DNA of 64,000 bases from Terriglobales bacterium. Its GTDB lineage: Bacteria > Acidobacteriota > Terriglobia > Terriglobales > Acidobacteriaceae. This document shows, one piece after another, positions 1 to 11,199 of the stretch (positions are counted from its first letter, which is position 1; every line of letters starts with the position of its first letter). The translations under genes were made by a program, and so were the position numbers. The stretch is taken from assembly GCA_025934735.1 (NCBI GenBank), contig JAICWP010000009.1, positions 71,640 to 135,639 on the forward strand, written 5' to 3'. The notes beneath the pieces were generated by a model that ran no database searches, had not been told where the DNA came from, and was given only the letters and a program-made list of their open reading frames with translations.

Positions 1-1296
1 GCGGTGATGGCGCTCGAAACCGCGGGCAAACTGGGAGCACGGGATCTGATGTGGTTTCCCAGCGCTTCGTTTCCCTCCCAGGCGGCGGTGGTGGATTTGA
101 TGGAGGCGGGCGTCGTCCACCACATTGAAGGCAGCATGAATGGCCCCCTGGGCGCCTACACTACCCAAGGCAAAATGCGTGGTGTAGGGGTGCTGCGCTC
201 CCACGGAGGGCGCTGGCAAGCCATCCAGGATGGCGAAGTTCACATTGATATCGCGGTGATCGCCGCGCCCACCGCCGATGCCTTCGGCAATGCCGATGGG
301 TCGCACGGCAAATCTGCCTGCGGTTCGCTGGGTTTTGCGCTGGCCGATTCCATGTACGCCGAGCGCGTCATCGTGGTCACCGACAGCCTGGTGCCCTTTC
401 CCTGCGTGCCCTGGCAAATCCAGGGCAACAGCGTGGATTATGTGGTGCAGGTGGATTCCATCGGCGATCCCGGCAAGATCGTGTCCGGCACCACCCAGAT
501 CACGCGCAGCCCCGACCGGCTGCGCATCGCCGAGTTCGTGGCTCGTTTCCTGCGCGATGCCGGCATCATGCGCAATGGTTTTTCTTTTCAAGCGGGCGCC
601 GGCGGCATTGCCCTGGCGTTTGTGGATTACCTGCGCCATATGATGAAGGAGGATGGCGTCAAAGCGCGCTTTGTGCGCGGCGGCTCCACGCGCTATCTGG
701 TGGAGATGCTGCAGGAGGGCCTCACCGACTACATCCTCGATGGGCAGACCTTCGATTTGGACGGCGTGCGCTCCATCGCCGATGACCCACGCCACGTGGC
801 CACCTCGCCGTTCACTTCTTACAACTTTCACGGCAAAGGCAACTTCGCTTCAATGGTGGATGCGGTGGTGTTGGGCGCCACAGAAGTGGATGTGAATTTC
901 AACGCCAACGTGGTCACCCACTCCGATGGCCGCCTGCTGCACGGCATTGGCGGCTGGCAAAATTGCCTCTTCGCCGGCTGCAGTATTCTGGCCGTGCCCT
1001 CCTTCCGCGACCGTATTCCCGTGATTGTGGATGAGGTTACGACTATCACCGGCACCGGTGAAATGATTGACGTAGTCGCCACCGAGCGCGGCATCGCCAT
1101 CAATCCCCGCCGCCAGGACTTGCTCGATGCGGTGAAGGGCTCCCGCCTGCCTATTCGGCCGATTCAGGACATTCAGGCGGATGTGGAAAAAATCTGTGGC
1201 GGCAAGCCGACACGGCCCCGCCGCACCGACCGGCCCGTGGCCATTGTCAAATGGGTGGACGGATCGGTGCTCGACACCGTATGGCAACTAGGCTAA
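1..1296 (+). CDS. citF: Citrate lyase alpha subunit (citrate CoA-transferase), N-terminus cut by window edge
   Basis: ORF 4..1296 is open to base 1. The translation has CitF-like blocks (HGGRWQAIQDGEVHIDIAVIAAPTAD, FSFQAGAGGIALAF, LHGIGGWQNC). TAA stop at 1294-1296. Confidence 0.8.
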   Translation, partial: AVMALETAGKLGARDLMWFPSASFPSQAAVVDLMEAGVVHHIEGSMNGPLGAYTTQGKMRGVGVLRSHGGRWQAIQDGEVHIDIAVIAAPTADAFGNADGSHGKSACGSLGFALADSMYAERVIVVTDSLVPFPCVPWQIQGNSVDYVVQVDSIGDPGKIVSGTTQITRSPDRLRIAEFVARFLRDAGIMRNGFSFQAGAGGIALAFVDYLRHMMKEDGVKARFVRGGSTRYLVEMLQEGLTDYILDGQTFDLDGVRSIADDPRHVATSPFTSYNFHGKGNFASMVDAVVLGATEVDVNFNANVVTHSDGRLLHGIGGWQNCLFAGCSILAVPSFRDRIPVIVDEVTTITGTGEMIDVVATERGIAINPRRQDLLDAVKGSRLPIRPIQDIQADVEKICGGKPTRPRRTDRPVAIVKWVDGSVLDTVWQLG

Positions 1297-1367
1297 TTGA
1301 CCCTTGAAAAGCGGCTCATGCGCCACCCAATCGTCAATCAGTTTCCTTTGTGTCTCTGTGGCTGATT

Positions 1368-3698
1368 TTAAAAGCGGAACAAATAGGAAACTTTCACGAA
1401 TACCTGCCGGCCATCGTTGAGGTAGCGCCCGCGGGTGCGCAGCAGGTTGCCACTGGCATCGAAGCCCAGGGGTGAGACCAGGTTCTGCAGGTCGCTGTTG
1501 TAGCCCACGTAAATCGCGGTGCTGGGATGCACCAGGTAGGTAATGAGGAAGTCGGCGTTGAACTGCTTGCTGGTTTCCAGCGAGGTGAAGCGCTGATTCG
1601 ACAGCACCGTGGTGTACTGCGGGATCAGGCGCAGCGACAGGGCGCGCGTAATCTGATAGTTCCACTCTGATCGGATGATGTGATTGGTGAACACGCTCAT
1701 GCCCGTCGGCCGGTCCACCAACCGGTTCAGCAAGTAGGTGTTGTCTATCTTTAAATTCTTGGAAGGGTGTATGGTCAGGAACACCTGCGCCAGATCGTTG
1801 TTGTCGAGCACTGGCGCCTGGTTGATGGGCGTGTCGTAGTTTACGTTGGTGCCCCTCCCATAGAACGCTCCCAAGACGACCCATCGAAAATAGCTTGTGC
1901 CAAACGACGTACCGACCAGGTGCTGGTTGTAAGCGGCTACAGCGGGCAGGGTCGAGAAATCCACGGGCCGCAGTTGCTCCGGGTAGCTGCCGTACGGAAT
2001 AAAGTTCCAATAGGTCTGGCCCTTGAACTCGAAGGTGAGGTGCGGTTCGTAGGAGCCATCCAGAAACGTTCCGTCGTGACCGTAAATGCGGTCGAAGAAC
2101 ATGGCCGGGCCCCAGGAAACGAGGAAGCTGTTTTTAGGGCGGAAGCGGTAGCGGGCAAACTGGCGCACTTCGCGCATGTCCACGCGGGGCACGAATCCGG
2201 GATCACTCACAAAATTAGGACTGATGTCGTTGTACTGCATTTCATAGCTGGTGTGCAGGTCGTTGTATTGCAAATCTCCCTTGTACGCCGGGCCGGCCTG
2301 ATAAGTGCCGTCGAGGTTGCGGGTTGAGCTCACCACACCCTGCCCCAGCGCGGTCCAGTTCTTCCCGAATTTCAGCTGCGTGTCGAACCCGCCCACGCGG
2401 TTGAAGCTGCCATTGAACTCAAAGTCGGTGAAGATCACGCCCACACTGGACTGCTGGGCAATATCGCGCTTCAGGCGCGCGATATTGAAGTAAGCGCCCT
2501 TGTGAAAGCTGGGATCGCCGTCGGCTACGTCATAGCCCGGCCCGCGGTCGTTCACCGCGAACATGCCCAGTGAATAGGAACCTAGGCGGCCAGTTAAACG
2601 GGTGCCGAACTGCGGGTCCTCAATGCGCCGCGTGAAAACCAAATCCATGGGAGTGGAGAAATAATCCGCGTTTTCCAGGAAAAACGGACGCTTTTCCGGG
2701 AAGAAGACCTCAAAACGCTGGTTGGTGGTGATCTGGGGTTGGTCGGACTCCACCTGGCTGAAGTCCGGGTTGGCGGTCACGTCCAGCACCAGGCTGTCGT
2801 GCAGGATGAACTTGGAATCCAGCCCGAAGCGGCCCTGGTCGGCGGTCTCGAAGTAGGGCAGGGCATCGCGCGTATCCACGGCGCGGAAGGAGCGGAAGAT
2901 GCCGTAGGGAATGAATTGCATGTTGCGCCCGGGAGCGATTCCCTCCATTCCCTTGAGCGTGGCTTCCTGGTTCAGCCGCTCGTCCACGCGGCGCGTGATT
3001 TCCGGCCAGAAGGTGTTCTCGTTATTGCGCGGAATGCTGCGGTTGAGGATGATGCCCCAGCTCTGGTCAGGGTCGGAAGAAAAGCGCAGGCTCTTGAAGG
3101 GAATTGCCATCCAGACCACAAAACCCTGGCCCGTTAGCTTGCCCTTGGAGTCCCATACCGTGTCCCAGGAAGAATCGAAGTTGCCGAAGTCGCCCTGCGC
3201 CTGCTCGGCGTAGGTTCCGTCCCATTGCACGCCCAGAGCATTGCTCTGAAACACATAGGCGCGGCGCTGGTCGTGGAAGGTGTCGAGCATGACCTCCACC
3301 GTGTCGTCGTCGAAAATATCCTCGCGGCGGGAGAGGCGGGCGCGAGTTTGCCGGGGCTGATTGTTGAAGCATACGAACACAAAGTAGAGGTTCTTGCTGT
3401 CGTAGCCGAGGTACACGTGGGTGCGTTGGGTGGAAGGCGCGCCGTCGTTGGGATCGCGCTGCAAAAAACGGGAAACCTCGGCCATGTGTTCGGCCGCCGG
3501 GCCGCTGGGGTGCATTGTGAGAAAGTCTTCCAACGCGGGTGCTTGCGACAACCGGGGAATAGAGAGGACCGGGCGCGTGCGCTCGACCATAGCGGCAGCC
3601 GTGTGAGGATGGTCACGAGCAACGGCAGCCGACGCATGGAGCAAAAGGCTGCTCAGCACCAGGATGCTGAGGACGCGCAGTGGTGACAGGCGGGACAA
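1368..3698 (-). CDS. Secreted outer-membrane beta-barrel protein, DUF5916 / carbohydrate-binding-family-9-like
   Basis: 776-aa ORF with an N-terminal signal peptide (LSILVLSSLLLHASA). It has the block DDDTVEVMLDTFHDQRRAYVFQSNALGVQWDG, an alternating beta-strand pattern and a C-terminal ...SYLFRF aromatic end typical of OM barrels. Confidence 0.6.
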   Translation of the reverse strand: MSRLSPLRVLSILVLSSLLLHASAAVARDHPHTAAAMVERTRPVLSIPRLSQAPALEDFLTMHPSGPAAEHMAEVSRFLQRDPNDGAPSTQRTHVYLGYDSKNLYFVFVCFNNQPRQTRARLSRREDIFDDDTVEVMLDTFHDQRRAYVFQSNALGVQWDGTYAEQAQGDFGNFDSSWDTVWDSKGKLTGQGFVVWMAIPFKSLRFSSDPDQSWGIILNRSIPRNNENTFWPEITRRVDERLNQEATLKGMEGIAPGRNMQFIPYGIFRSFRAVDTRDALPYFETADQGRFGLDSKFILHDSLVLDVTANPDFSQVESDQPQITTNQRFEVFFPEKRPFFLENADYFSTPMDLVFTRRIEDPQFGTRLTGRLGSYSLGMFAVNDRGPGYDVADGDPSFHKGAYFNIARLKRDIAQQSSVGVIFTDFEFNGSFNRVGGFDTQLKFGKNWTALGQGVVSSTRNLDGTYQAGPAYKGDLQYNDLHTSYEMQYNDISPNFVSDPGFVPRVDMREVRQFARYRFRPKNSFLVSWGPAMFFDRIYGHDGTFLDGSYEPHLTFEFKGQTYWNFIPYGSYPEQLRPVDFSTLPAVAAYNQHLVGTSFGTSYFRWVVLGAFYGRGTNVNYDTPINQAPVLDNNDLAQVFLTIHPSKNLKIDNTYLLNRLVDRPTGMSVFTNHIIRSEWNYQITRALSLRLIPQYTTVLSNQRFTSLETSKQFNADFLITYLVHPSTAIYVGYNSDLQNLVSPLGFDASGNLLRTRGRYLNDGRQVFVKVSYLFRF

Positions 3699-3949
3699 GA
3701 CTCTCCTGCATTGTGGCGCCCAGACTGCGTTATAGCCGCCGCCTCGGGTCCGAAAACGATCAGCCAGCGTTTAATTTCAGTTTAGCGAGCGAAAGTGCGG
3801 CAGCATTGTAACAGCAGGCCGCCCCAGTCGCGGGCGATAAAGGCCGGATTCTGGAATGCAGAACGAACCTCTGCCGAGTTTTTGCAGCCTTTATCTTTAC
3901 GGTAGGTGGCAGTTAGTAGTTGGTGGCGCGTTCTGCTAGTTATTGCTCT

Positions 3950-4990
<1,041 letters not shown>

Positions 4991-5227
4991 TCTGGCCGGA
5001 GTGTAAGACGAAACTGAGCCGAAGGCAATAACACAGTCAACCGCTGACGTTCGAGGTCAGAATCTATTCACCGCCGAGACGGCGAGGGCGCAGAGGTTCG
5101 GATTGTGCGTTGCTTCTCACCCCTCTTCTGCGGTACGCCTGAACGGTAAAAACGCGGAATACCCCTTCTCTTTTTCCTTCCCCTGTGAATACTAGTGGGC
5201 TCGTATCTGCTCCGAGGAGGGACTGTC

Positions 5228-6874
5228 ATGCCGCAAAACCGTCCAGTTCTGGCTGTGCTTACGCTCCTGTGCTGCTGCTTGCCGGCCACATCCCAGAAAG
5301 TGCGGGCAGAGGCTCCCATCGAACTTAATGGCCACACCATCTTCGTCCTCAAGTCCGGGGTAGGCTCGGTCACAGCGCAAGAGCGAGCTCAGATTGTGAA
5401 TCAGCGTCTGGCTGCGCTGGAGCAATCCCAGTCCACCACGAGTGTTCTGCGCGTGGAAAAATCCGACACCGGACTGGTAGTCATGTCGGGCAATGAACCG
5501 ATCGTGTCGGTCACGCCGGGCGATGCACGTGCGGAAGCCAGCAGTGAAGCGGCCTTGGCGGAGCGCTGGGCCAAGCTGCTGGGAGACACCCTCGCACAGA
5601 GCCGCCAGCGGCATCTTGATTACAGCTTCTGGCGCCGCCTCGGGGTAACCCTGCTGGTGTTGGCAACCGCCTTATTTTTGTTGTGGCTCATCCGTCGTGA
5701 GCGGGTGCGGTTGGTGGCGGCCATCATTCGGCGCCGGGACCACATTCCGGAATTGAAGCTCCGTGGCCTGCAACTGATATCCGCGCGACGCGTGTTTCGC
5801 AGCACGTTACACACCTTGCAGGTGTGCTACGCGGTGCTGCTCGGCTCCACCGTCGTGGCCGCTCTTTTGCTGGTATTCGGCCAGTTCCCCAGCACCCAGG
5901 CCTATGCCCGCCGCGTTTTCTTCTGGATTTGGCAACCCCTGATTCAGATTTTCTGGGGTGTAGTCGGCTATCTGCCCAACCTTTTCTACATCGCGGTAAT
6001 CGTCGTGGTGACTCGCTTTGTCCTGCGCACTCTGGATTTCTTTTTTAAACAGGCGGAAGCCGGAGTGATCAGCTTGGAGCCCTGGGTTCAGCGAGACGTC
6101 GCCCGGCCTACCAGCCAGATTCTGAAGGCCGTTATGATTGTGCTGGCGCTCTTCTTTATCGCTCCCTTGATTCCCGGCACCGGCAGCACCGCCGCCCGCG
6201 GCTTGTCGGTCATCATTGGCCTGGCCATCTCCTTCGGCTCCAGTTCCACTGTGGGCAACATGATTGCTGGCATCATTCTTACCTACATGCGGCCTTTCCA
6301 GATCGGCGACCGGGTAAAAGTCGCCGATACCACCGGCGATGTGCTAGAAAAGAGCTTCCTGTACACCAAAGTGCTCACTATCAAAAATGAGGAGGTCATT
6401 GTCCCTAGCCTGCAAGTATTGAGCGGGTCCATGGTCAATTACAGCGCGCGGGCACACTCGGCTGGACTGATCCTGCATACCTCGGTCACCATTGGTTATG
6501 ACGCCCCCTGGCGTAATGTCCACGAGTTGCTGCTGCGCGCTGCCCAAAATACCGCCGGCATTTTGCAAGAGCCCAAACCTTTTATCCTGCAAACTGCGCT
6601 TAACGATTTCTTTGTTACCTACCAGCTTAATGCGTACACCAGTGAAGCCAGCAAGATGGCCAACATCTACTCTGAGCTGCACCAAAACATTCAAGATTCG
6701 TTCAACCAGGGAGGGATTGAGATTCTGTCGCCACACTACATGCAGCTCCGGGACGGCAACCTGAGCACCATAGCAGCTCAAAATCAGGGTAATGATAACG
6801 AGAATGAGCGTAGGCGCTTCCTAGTGGACAGCCGCGTAAGTGCGCAAGCAGCCACCGCGGCGAAGGGTGCATGA
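5228..6874 (+). CDS. Mechanosensitive ion channel (MscS family) protein
   Basis: ATG at 5228 is preceded by a GAGGAGGG RBS; the track ORF starts at GTG 5195. Signal/TM segments are followed by an MscS core block (GNMIAGIILTYMRPFQIGDRVKV...TGDVLEKSFLYTKV). Confidence 0.8.
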   Translation: MPQNRPVLAVLTLLCCCLPATSQKVRAEAPIELNGHTIFVLKSGVGSVTAQERAQIVNQRLAALEQSQSTTSVLRVEKSDTGLVVMSGNEPIVSVTPGDARAEASSEAALAERWAKLLGDTLAQSRQRHLDYSFWRRLGVTLLVLATALFLLWLIRRERVRLVAAIIRRRDHIPELKLRGLQLISARRVFRSTLHTLQVCYAVLLGSTVVAALLLVFGQFPSTQAYARRVFFWIWQPLIQIFWGVVGYLPNLFYIAVIVVVTRFVLRTLDFFFKQAEAGVISLEPWVQRDVARPTSQILKAVMIVLALFFIAPLIPGTGSTAARGLSVIIGLAISFGSSSTVGNMIAGIILTYMRPFQIGDRVKVADTTGDVLEKSFLYTKVLTIKNEEVIVPSLQVLSGSMVNYSARAHSAGLILHTSVTIGYDAPWRNVHELLLRAAQNTAGILQEPKPFILQTALNDFFVTYQLNAYTSEASKMANIYSELHQNIQDSFNQGGIEILSPHYMQLRDGNLSTIAAQNQGNDNENERRRFLVDSRVSAQAATAAKGA

Positions 6875-7143
6875 AAATCGCTGCGGCTTTAAGGCACCGG
6901 CGCGGCTTGCAGGGGAAGGTGCTCAGGCAGAGACCGCTGGAGTGGACCAGCCTGGAACCACAGGGCATGTGCACGTCGCATCGGCTTCAGCTACAACGTG
7001 CTTGAGGCGGCGAACAATAGGCGAATAAATCCTTGATTTCCGCTTCCCTCCACAACATAATCTGACCTCTAACAGCTTATTCACAAAGCAGTTCAGTCTG
7101 TTGTTGCGCTCTCGTGCCAATTGGACGATTCTTACCCGGCAAC

Positions 7144-9057
7144 ATGGCCAACCCCGGCGATTTCGCGTACACGGTCAAACAGCAGGCGGATATCGTCCGC
7201 ATCGTGGGCGATTATGTGAAGCTGAAGAAGGCCGGAGCCCAGAACTACTCCGGCATTTGCCCCTTCCACCAGGAAAAGACGCCCTCCTTCTCGGTCCACG
7301 CCACGCGCCAGTACTATCACTGTTTCGGCTGTGGGGTTTCCGGCGACGTGTTCAGCTTCGTGCAGAAGATCGAGAACATCACCTTCCCGGAAGCCGTCCG
7401 CGCGATAGCCCAGAAGGTGGGCATTGCTCTCCCCAAGATTTCCTACAACAGCCCGGCAGAAGCTGAGGAAGCGAGAGTCAGGGGCAAGCTGCTGGAAATG
7501 CAAGAGCGCGCGACCGATTTCTTTCGCGAGCAACTGCGCCGCCCGGAAGCGGCTCACGCCCGCGAATACCTGGCCGGCCGCGGCCTCGACCAGGAAATGA
7601 TTGCCCGCTTCCGCATCGGCTTTGCCCCGGAGACCGGGTTCCTTCTTCGCGACGCCCTGCGTGGGCAGTTCGATGAAGAGGCGATGAGGGCGAGCGGGCT
7701 GTTTTCGTGGAAGGAGAAAGAGCAGTCGACGGCTGACAGTCCACGGTCGGCTGCAAACTCGCGGAGTGCGCCAGAGAGACCGCAGACGCCCGTTGACAGC
7801 CGCCCGTCGACGCTTTACTCAAAGTTCCGCAACCGCATCATGTTTCCCATCGCCAATGAGTCGGGGCGGGTGATCGCCTTCACCGGACGCACCCTCTCCA
7901 CTGACGAAAAGGCTGGGCCCAAATACCTCAATTCGCCAGAAACGGGCATCTATTCTAAGTCGCGTGTTTTATTCAACTTAGACTTGGCCAAGGAGGCTAT
8001 TCGCAAGCTCGATTACGCCATTCTGGTGGAAGGGCAGATGGACTGTATTTCCGTGTTTGCCGCCGGCTTCCACAACGTGGTAGCCAGCTCCGGAACTGCC
8101 TTCACAGAGCTCCATGCCAAGCTGCTGGGCCGCTTCAGTAAGAACGTGGTGGTCAACTTCGATCCCGACACAGCCGGGGCCAATGCCACCGAGCGTACCT
8201 TGGGGCTGCTGGTGGCTGAGGAATTCCACATCAAGGTGCTGACCCTGGAACCCGGCTTCGATCCTGACCTGTTTATCCGGCGCAAGGGCAGGGAAGCCTA
8301 CGCTCTGGCGCTCAAGAACGCCCAAAACTACTTCGATTACCTCATTGAGCGCGCCCGCGCTTCCTTCCCGGTGCGCAGCCCGGAAGGCAAGGTGAAGGCG
8401 GTGAACTTTCTCCTGCCCCACGTGCAGCGGGTACCCAGCCGAATCGTGAGGGACGAACTGGCTCGAGAGATCGCCCAGAAACTGGGCATTGACTCCGCCG
8501 TGCTTAGCCAGGAACTGCGCCACGCGGCCACGCAACGATCGTCAGCCCAGCTCAAGGCCCCGGCAGAGGCCCAGGTGACGCAGGCGGAGCGCATCCTGAT
8601 ACGCGCCCTGGCCTCCGCCGGCCAAGTGCAGGGAGACGAAAGCCGCGTTTCCGCCCGCGACGGGGTGGATGAGGAATTCGAGCCGGCCCGCCAGGCGCAG
8701 TTCGCGCTCAGCAGCGAACGTCTCCATGAAGGCCTGGCTACCGAAGCATTGCTGGACGTGTTGCTGCAGGCTGACCTGGCCGAGACCGGCGCCGACCCCC
8801 TCTCCCTCGCTCTGCCTGAAGCCGACCAGCGCCGGCTGGCGGCCACCCTGATGCAGGAAGACGAAGAACTCACCCCTGAGCTCCTGGAGGGAGCCATAGA
8901 AGCCCTCCGTCGGCGACATTTGCAGCGCCGCCAGCGTCAAATCCAGGTACAGATCGCAGACGCCGAACGCCGGCAGGACAGCACGGTGCTGGGGCAGCTT
9001 TTACGCGAAAAGCTGGTACTGGACCGTACCTTGGCAGGCGTAGCGGCCAGGGAGTAG
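7144..9057 (+). CDS. dnaG: DNA primase DnaG
   Basis: Zinc-ribbon CPFHQEKTPSFSVH...YHCFGCGVSGDVFSF and a TOPRIM block (ILVEGQMDCISV...VVNFDPDTAG). Start is set at ATG 7144 (MANPGDF...). Confidence 0.95.
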   Translation: MANPGDFAYTVKQQADIVRIVGDYVKLKKAGAQNYSGICPFHQEKTPSFSVHATRQYYHCFGCGVSGDVFSFVQKIENITFPEAVRAIAQKVGIALPKISYNSPAEAEEARVRGKLLEMQERATDFFREQLRRPEAAHAREYLAGRGLDQEMIARFRIGFAPETGFLLRDALRGQFDEEAMRASGLFSWKEKEQSTADSPRSAANSRSAPERPQTPVDSRPSTLYSKFRNRIMFPIANESGRVIAFTGRTLSTDEKAGPKYLNSPETGIYSKSRVLFNLDLAKEAIRKLDYAILVEGQMDCISVFAAGFHNVVASSGTAFTELHAKLLGRFSKNVVVNFDPDTAGANATERTLGLLVAEEFHIKVLTLEPGFDPDLFIRRKGREAYALALKNAQNYFDYLIERARASFPVRSPEGKVKAVNFLLPHVQRVPSRIVRDELAREIAQKLGIDSAVLSQELRHAATQRSSAQLKAPAEAQVTQAERILIRALASAGQVQGDESRVSARDGVDEEFEPARQAQFALSSERLHEGLATEALLDVLLQADLAETGADPLSLALPEADQRRLAATLMQEDEELTPELLEGAIEALRRRHLQRRQRQIQVQIADAERRQDSTVLGQLLREKLVLDRTLAGVAARE

Positions 9058-9378
9058 CGAAACCAGGGGGTAAGCCACGTGGCCGGATGCGAGCCAAACC
9101 GCTAAACGGCTGACAGTATTGAGGGTTCCTGATTCGGGAAAGGGGAAGATTTCGTCCGGCTACTTAGAAACCAGGCAGCTGTTTGCGTCATCTAACATAT
9201 TGACTTTATTAGCTTCCACAAATCGGGGCAAAAGGTAGTCGGGTTGCCATTGGTAGCAGGCGGACAACTGTGCTAAACTTCATAGGTTTCTGCCGGCACT
9301 AAACCCGCAGTTCACACATCCCACCTCGAAAGGAAGCTGCGCCGTCCGCTCCGGGCGTCGACAGAGGGGTAGACCGTT

Positions 9379-11070
9379 TTGGCTCTTGAAGACAAGTTTG
9401 ACGATATCAAAAAGCTGATCGATGTGGGCAAGGAAAAAGGATATCTCACCTATAACGAGGTGAATGACCTGATTCCTCACGACGTCCACTCGCCTGAGGA
9501 CCTGGATGACCTGCTGACCACCATCGGCACGCAGGGCATCGATGTCCTGGAAGGCCCGGCCAAGATGCCCTCCGGCGGCTTGGACAAGGCCGAGGACATG
9601 GAGGTCGGCGAAGATGTCGAGCTGGACCTGACTCCGGGCGCGCTGGAAAAAACCAACGACCCGGTGCGCATGTACCTGCGCGAAATGGGCACGGTTCCAC
9701 TGCTCACCCGCGAAGGTGAAGTGGAAATCGCCAAGCGTATTGAGCGCGGGCAAAACCGCGTACTCAAGGCGCTTTCCCGCTCTCCCATCGTGATCCGGGA
9801 GATTCTCGCCCTGGGCGACGACCTGCGCCGCGGCGTGCGCTCCATCAAGGAAATCGTCACCTTTGACGAGGAGGAAATCACTGACGAGGTCCTGGAGAAC
9901 CGCCTGAAGGACATGGTGGGCCGGATTGACGAGGTGGCCAAGCACTATAAAAAAGTCAATCAGCTGCTGGAAAAATTCCAGGCCATTAACAGCAAGAAGC
10001 GGCCCAAGGATTACCGCCGCTACCGCTGGAATCTGGCGCGGGAAGTGGTGCGCATGTCGCGCGCCATGCGCAACCTGGGCGTCACTAATATTGAACGCAA
10101 GCGCCTGATTGACCGGGTGAACAAAACCGTGGACTCCATGCGGGCCTTGGAGCGTCAGGTCAACAACCTGGAGAAGAAGGCGGAAGCCACCCGCAACGAC
10201 GAGCAGAAAAAGGAATACCGGCGGCAAGCGCGCCAGCTGCGCTCGGACATGGAGAAGCTGGAAGCCGAGTCCGGCGTCGGCTATCCGGAACTGAAGCGCA
10301 CGCAACGCGAAATCATTCAGGGTGATATTGACGCCGACCAGGCCAAGCGTGAGCTCATCGAAGCCAACCTGCGCCTGGTGGTTTCGATTGCCAAGAAGTA
10401 CACCAACCGCGGCTTGCAGTTCCTCGACCTGATCCAGGAAGGCAACATCGGCCTGATGAAGGCGGTGGACAAGTTCGAATACCGCCGCGGCTACAAGTTT
10501 TCTACCTACGCCACCTGGTGGATCCGGCAGGCCATTACGCGCGCTATTGCCGACCAGGCCCGCACCATCCGCATTCCGGTGCACATGATCGAGACCATCA
10601 ACAAGCTGATCCGCACCTCGCGGCAGTTGGTGCAGGAACTGGGCCGGGAGCCTACGTCGGAAGAAATCGCCAAGCGTATGGACATTCCCGTGGCCAAGGT
10701 GCGCAAGGTGCTCAAGATCGCTCAGGAGCCCATCTCGCTGGAGACGCCGATTGGTGAAGAAGAAGATTCGCACTTGGGCGACTTCATCGAAGACCGCGCC
10801 GTGGTATCGCCTTCGGATGCTGTCATCAACGTCAACCTGAAGGAGCAGACGGCGCAGGTGCTGCGCACGCTGACGGCGCGCGAGGAGAAGGTGATCAAGA
10901 TGCGCTTCGGGCTGGAGGATGGCAGCGAGCACACGCTGGAGGAAGTGGGCCAGTCGTTTGCAGTGACTCGTGAGCGTATCCGCCAGATCGAAGCCAAGGC
11001 GCTGCGCAAGCTACGCCATCCTTCCCGCTCGCGCAAGCTGCGGGCCTTTATGGATGGAGTGCACGACTAA
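9379..11070 (+). CDS. rpoD: Primary RNA polymerase sigma factor RpoD (sigma-70)
   Basis: Regions 1.1 to 4 are recognisable ([116 protein letters not shown]). The apparent start is TTG. Confidence 0.95.
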   Translation: MALEDKFDDIKKLIDVGKEKGYLTYNEVNDLIPHDVHSPEDLDDLLTTIGTQGIDVLEGPAKMPSGGLDKAEDMEVGEDVELDLTPGALEKTNDPVRMYLREMGTVPLLTREGEVEIAKRIERGQNRVLKALSRSPIVIREILALGDDLRRGVRSIKEIVTFDEEEITDEVLENRLKDMVGRIDEVAKHYKKVNQLLEKFQAINSKKRPKDYRRYRWNLAREVVRMSRAMRNLGVTNIERKRLIDRVNKTVDSMRALERQVNNLEKKAEATRNDEQKKEYRRQARQLRSDMEKLEAESGVGYPELKRTQREIIQGDIDADQAKRELIEANLRLVVSIAKKYTNRGLQFLDLIQEGNIGLMKAVDKFEYRRGYKFSTYATWWIRQAITRAIADQARTIRIPVHMIETINKLIRTSRQLVQELGREPTSEEIAKRMDIPVAKVRKVLKIAQEPISLETPIGEEEDSHLGDFIEDRAVVSPSDAVINVNLKEQTAQVLRTLTAREEKVIKMRFGLEDGSEHTLEEVGQSFAVTRERIRQIEAKALRKLRHPSRSRKLRAFMDGVHD

Positions 11071-11073
11071 GTC

Positions 11074-11100
11074 TCACCACGGAGTCACAGAGGCACGGAG
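11074..11100. repeat. CACGGAG/CACAGAG REP-like element directly after the rpoD stop
   Basis: TCACCACGGAGTCACAGAGGCACGGAG begins 4 nt after the TAA at 11068-11070. Confidence 0.6.
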
Positions 11101-11116
11101 CCAGTCAAAACATAGA

Positions 11117-11145
11117 GCCGCAGGTCATCCGATCTGCGGCTTTTT
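11117..11145 (+). terminator. Rho-independent terminator after rpoD
   Basis: GCCGCAG (11117-11123) pairs with CTGCGGC (11134-11140) around a 10-nt loop, followed by TTTTT (11141-11145). Confidence 0.7.
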
Positions 11146-11199
11146 AACGCTGCCGGGACGGATTGCGCTAAGCTGTGAGGTGCAGGAACGGGAGGCGAA

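Noticed and set aside
3911-3923. AGTTAGTAGTTGG downstream of ruvB as a member of the GGGAGT/AGTAG repeat family
   Set aside because: The exact match to 51057-51069 is only 13 nt, a length at which chance matches are expected in this window. It is noted in the feature evidence but not claimed as an independent element.
7729-7740. 12-mer ACGGCTGACAGT shared between dnaG (7729-7740) and the dnaG-rpoD spacer (9106-9117)
   Set aside because: Roughly a hundred exact 12-mer coincidences are expected by chance in 64 kb (about 2x10^9 position pairs / 4^12). It is not evidence of a repeat family by itself.
9280-10932. 550-aa ORF on the minus strand
   Set aside because: It lies entirely antisense to rpoD, whose identity is unambiguous. 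Its composition (runs of L/R/A/G/H, no recognisable motifs) is typical of shadow ORFs in GC-rich DNA.
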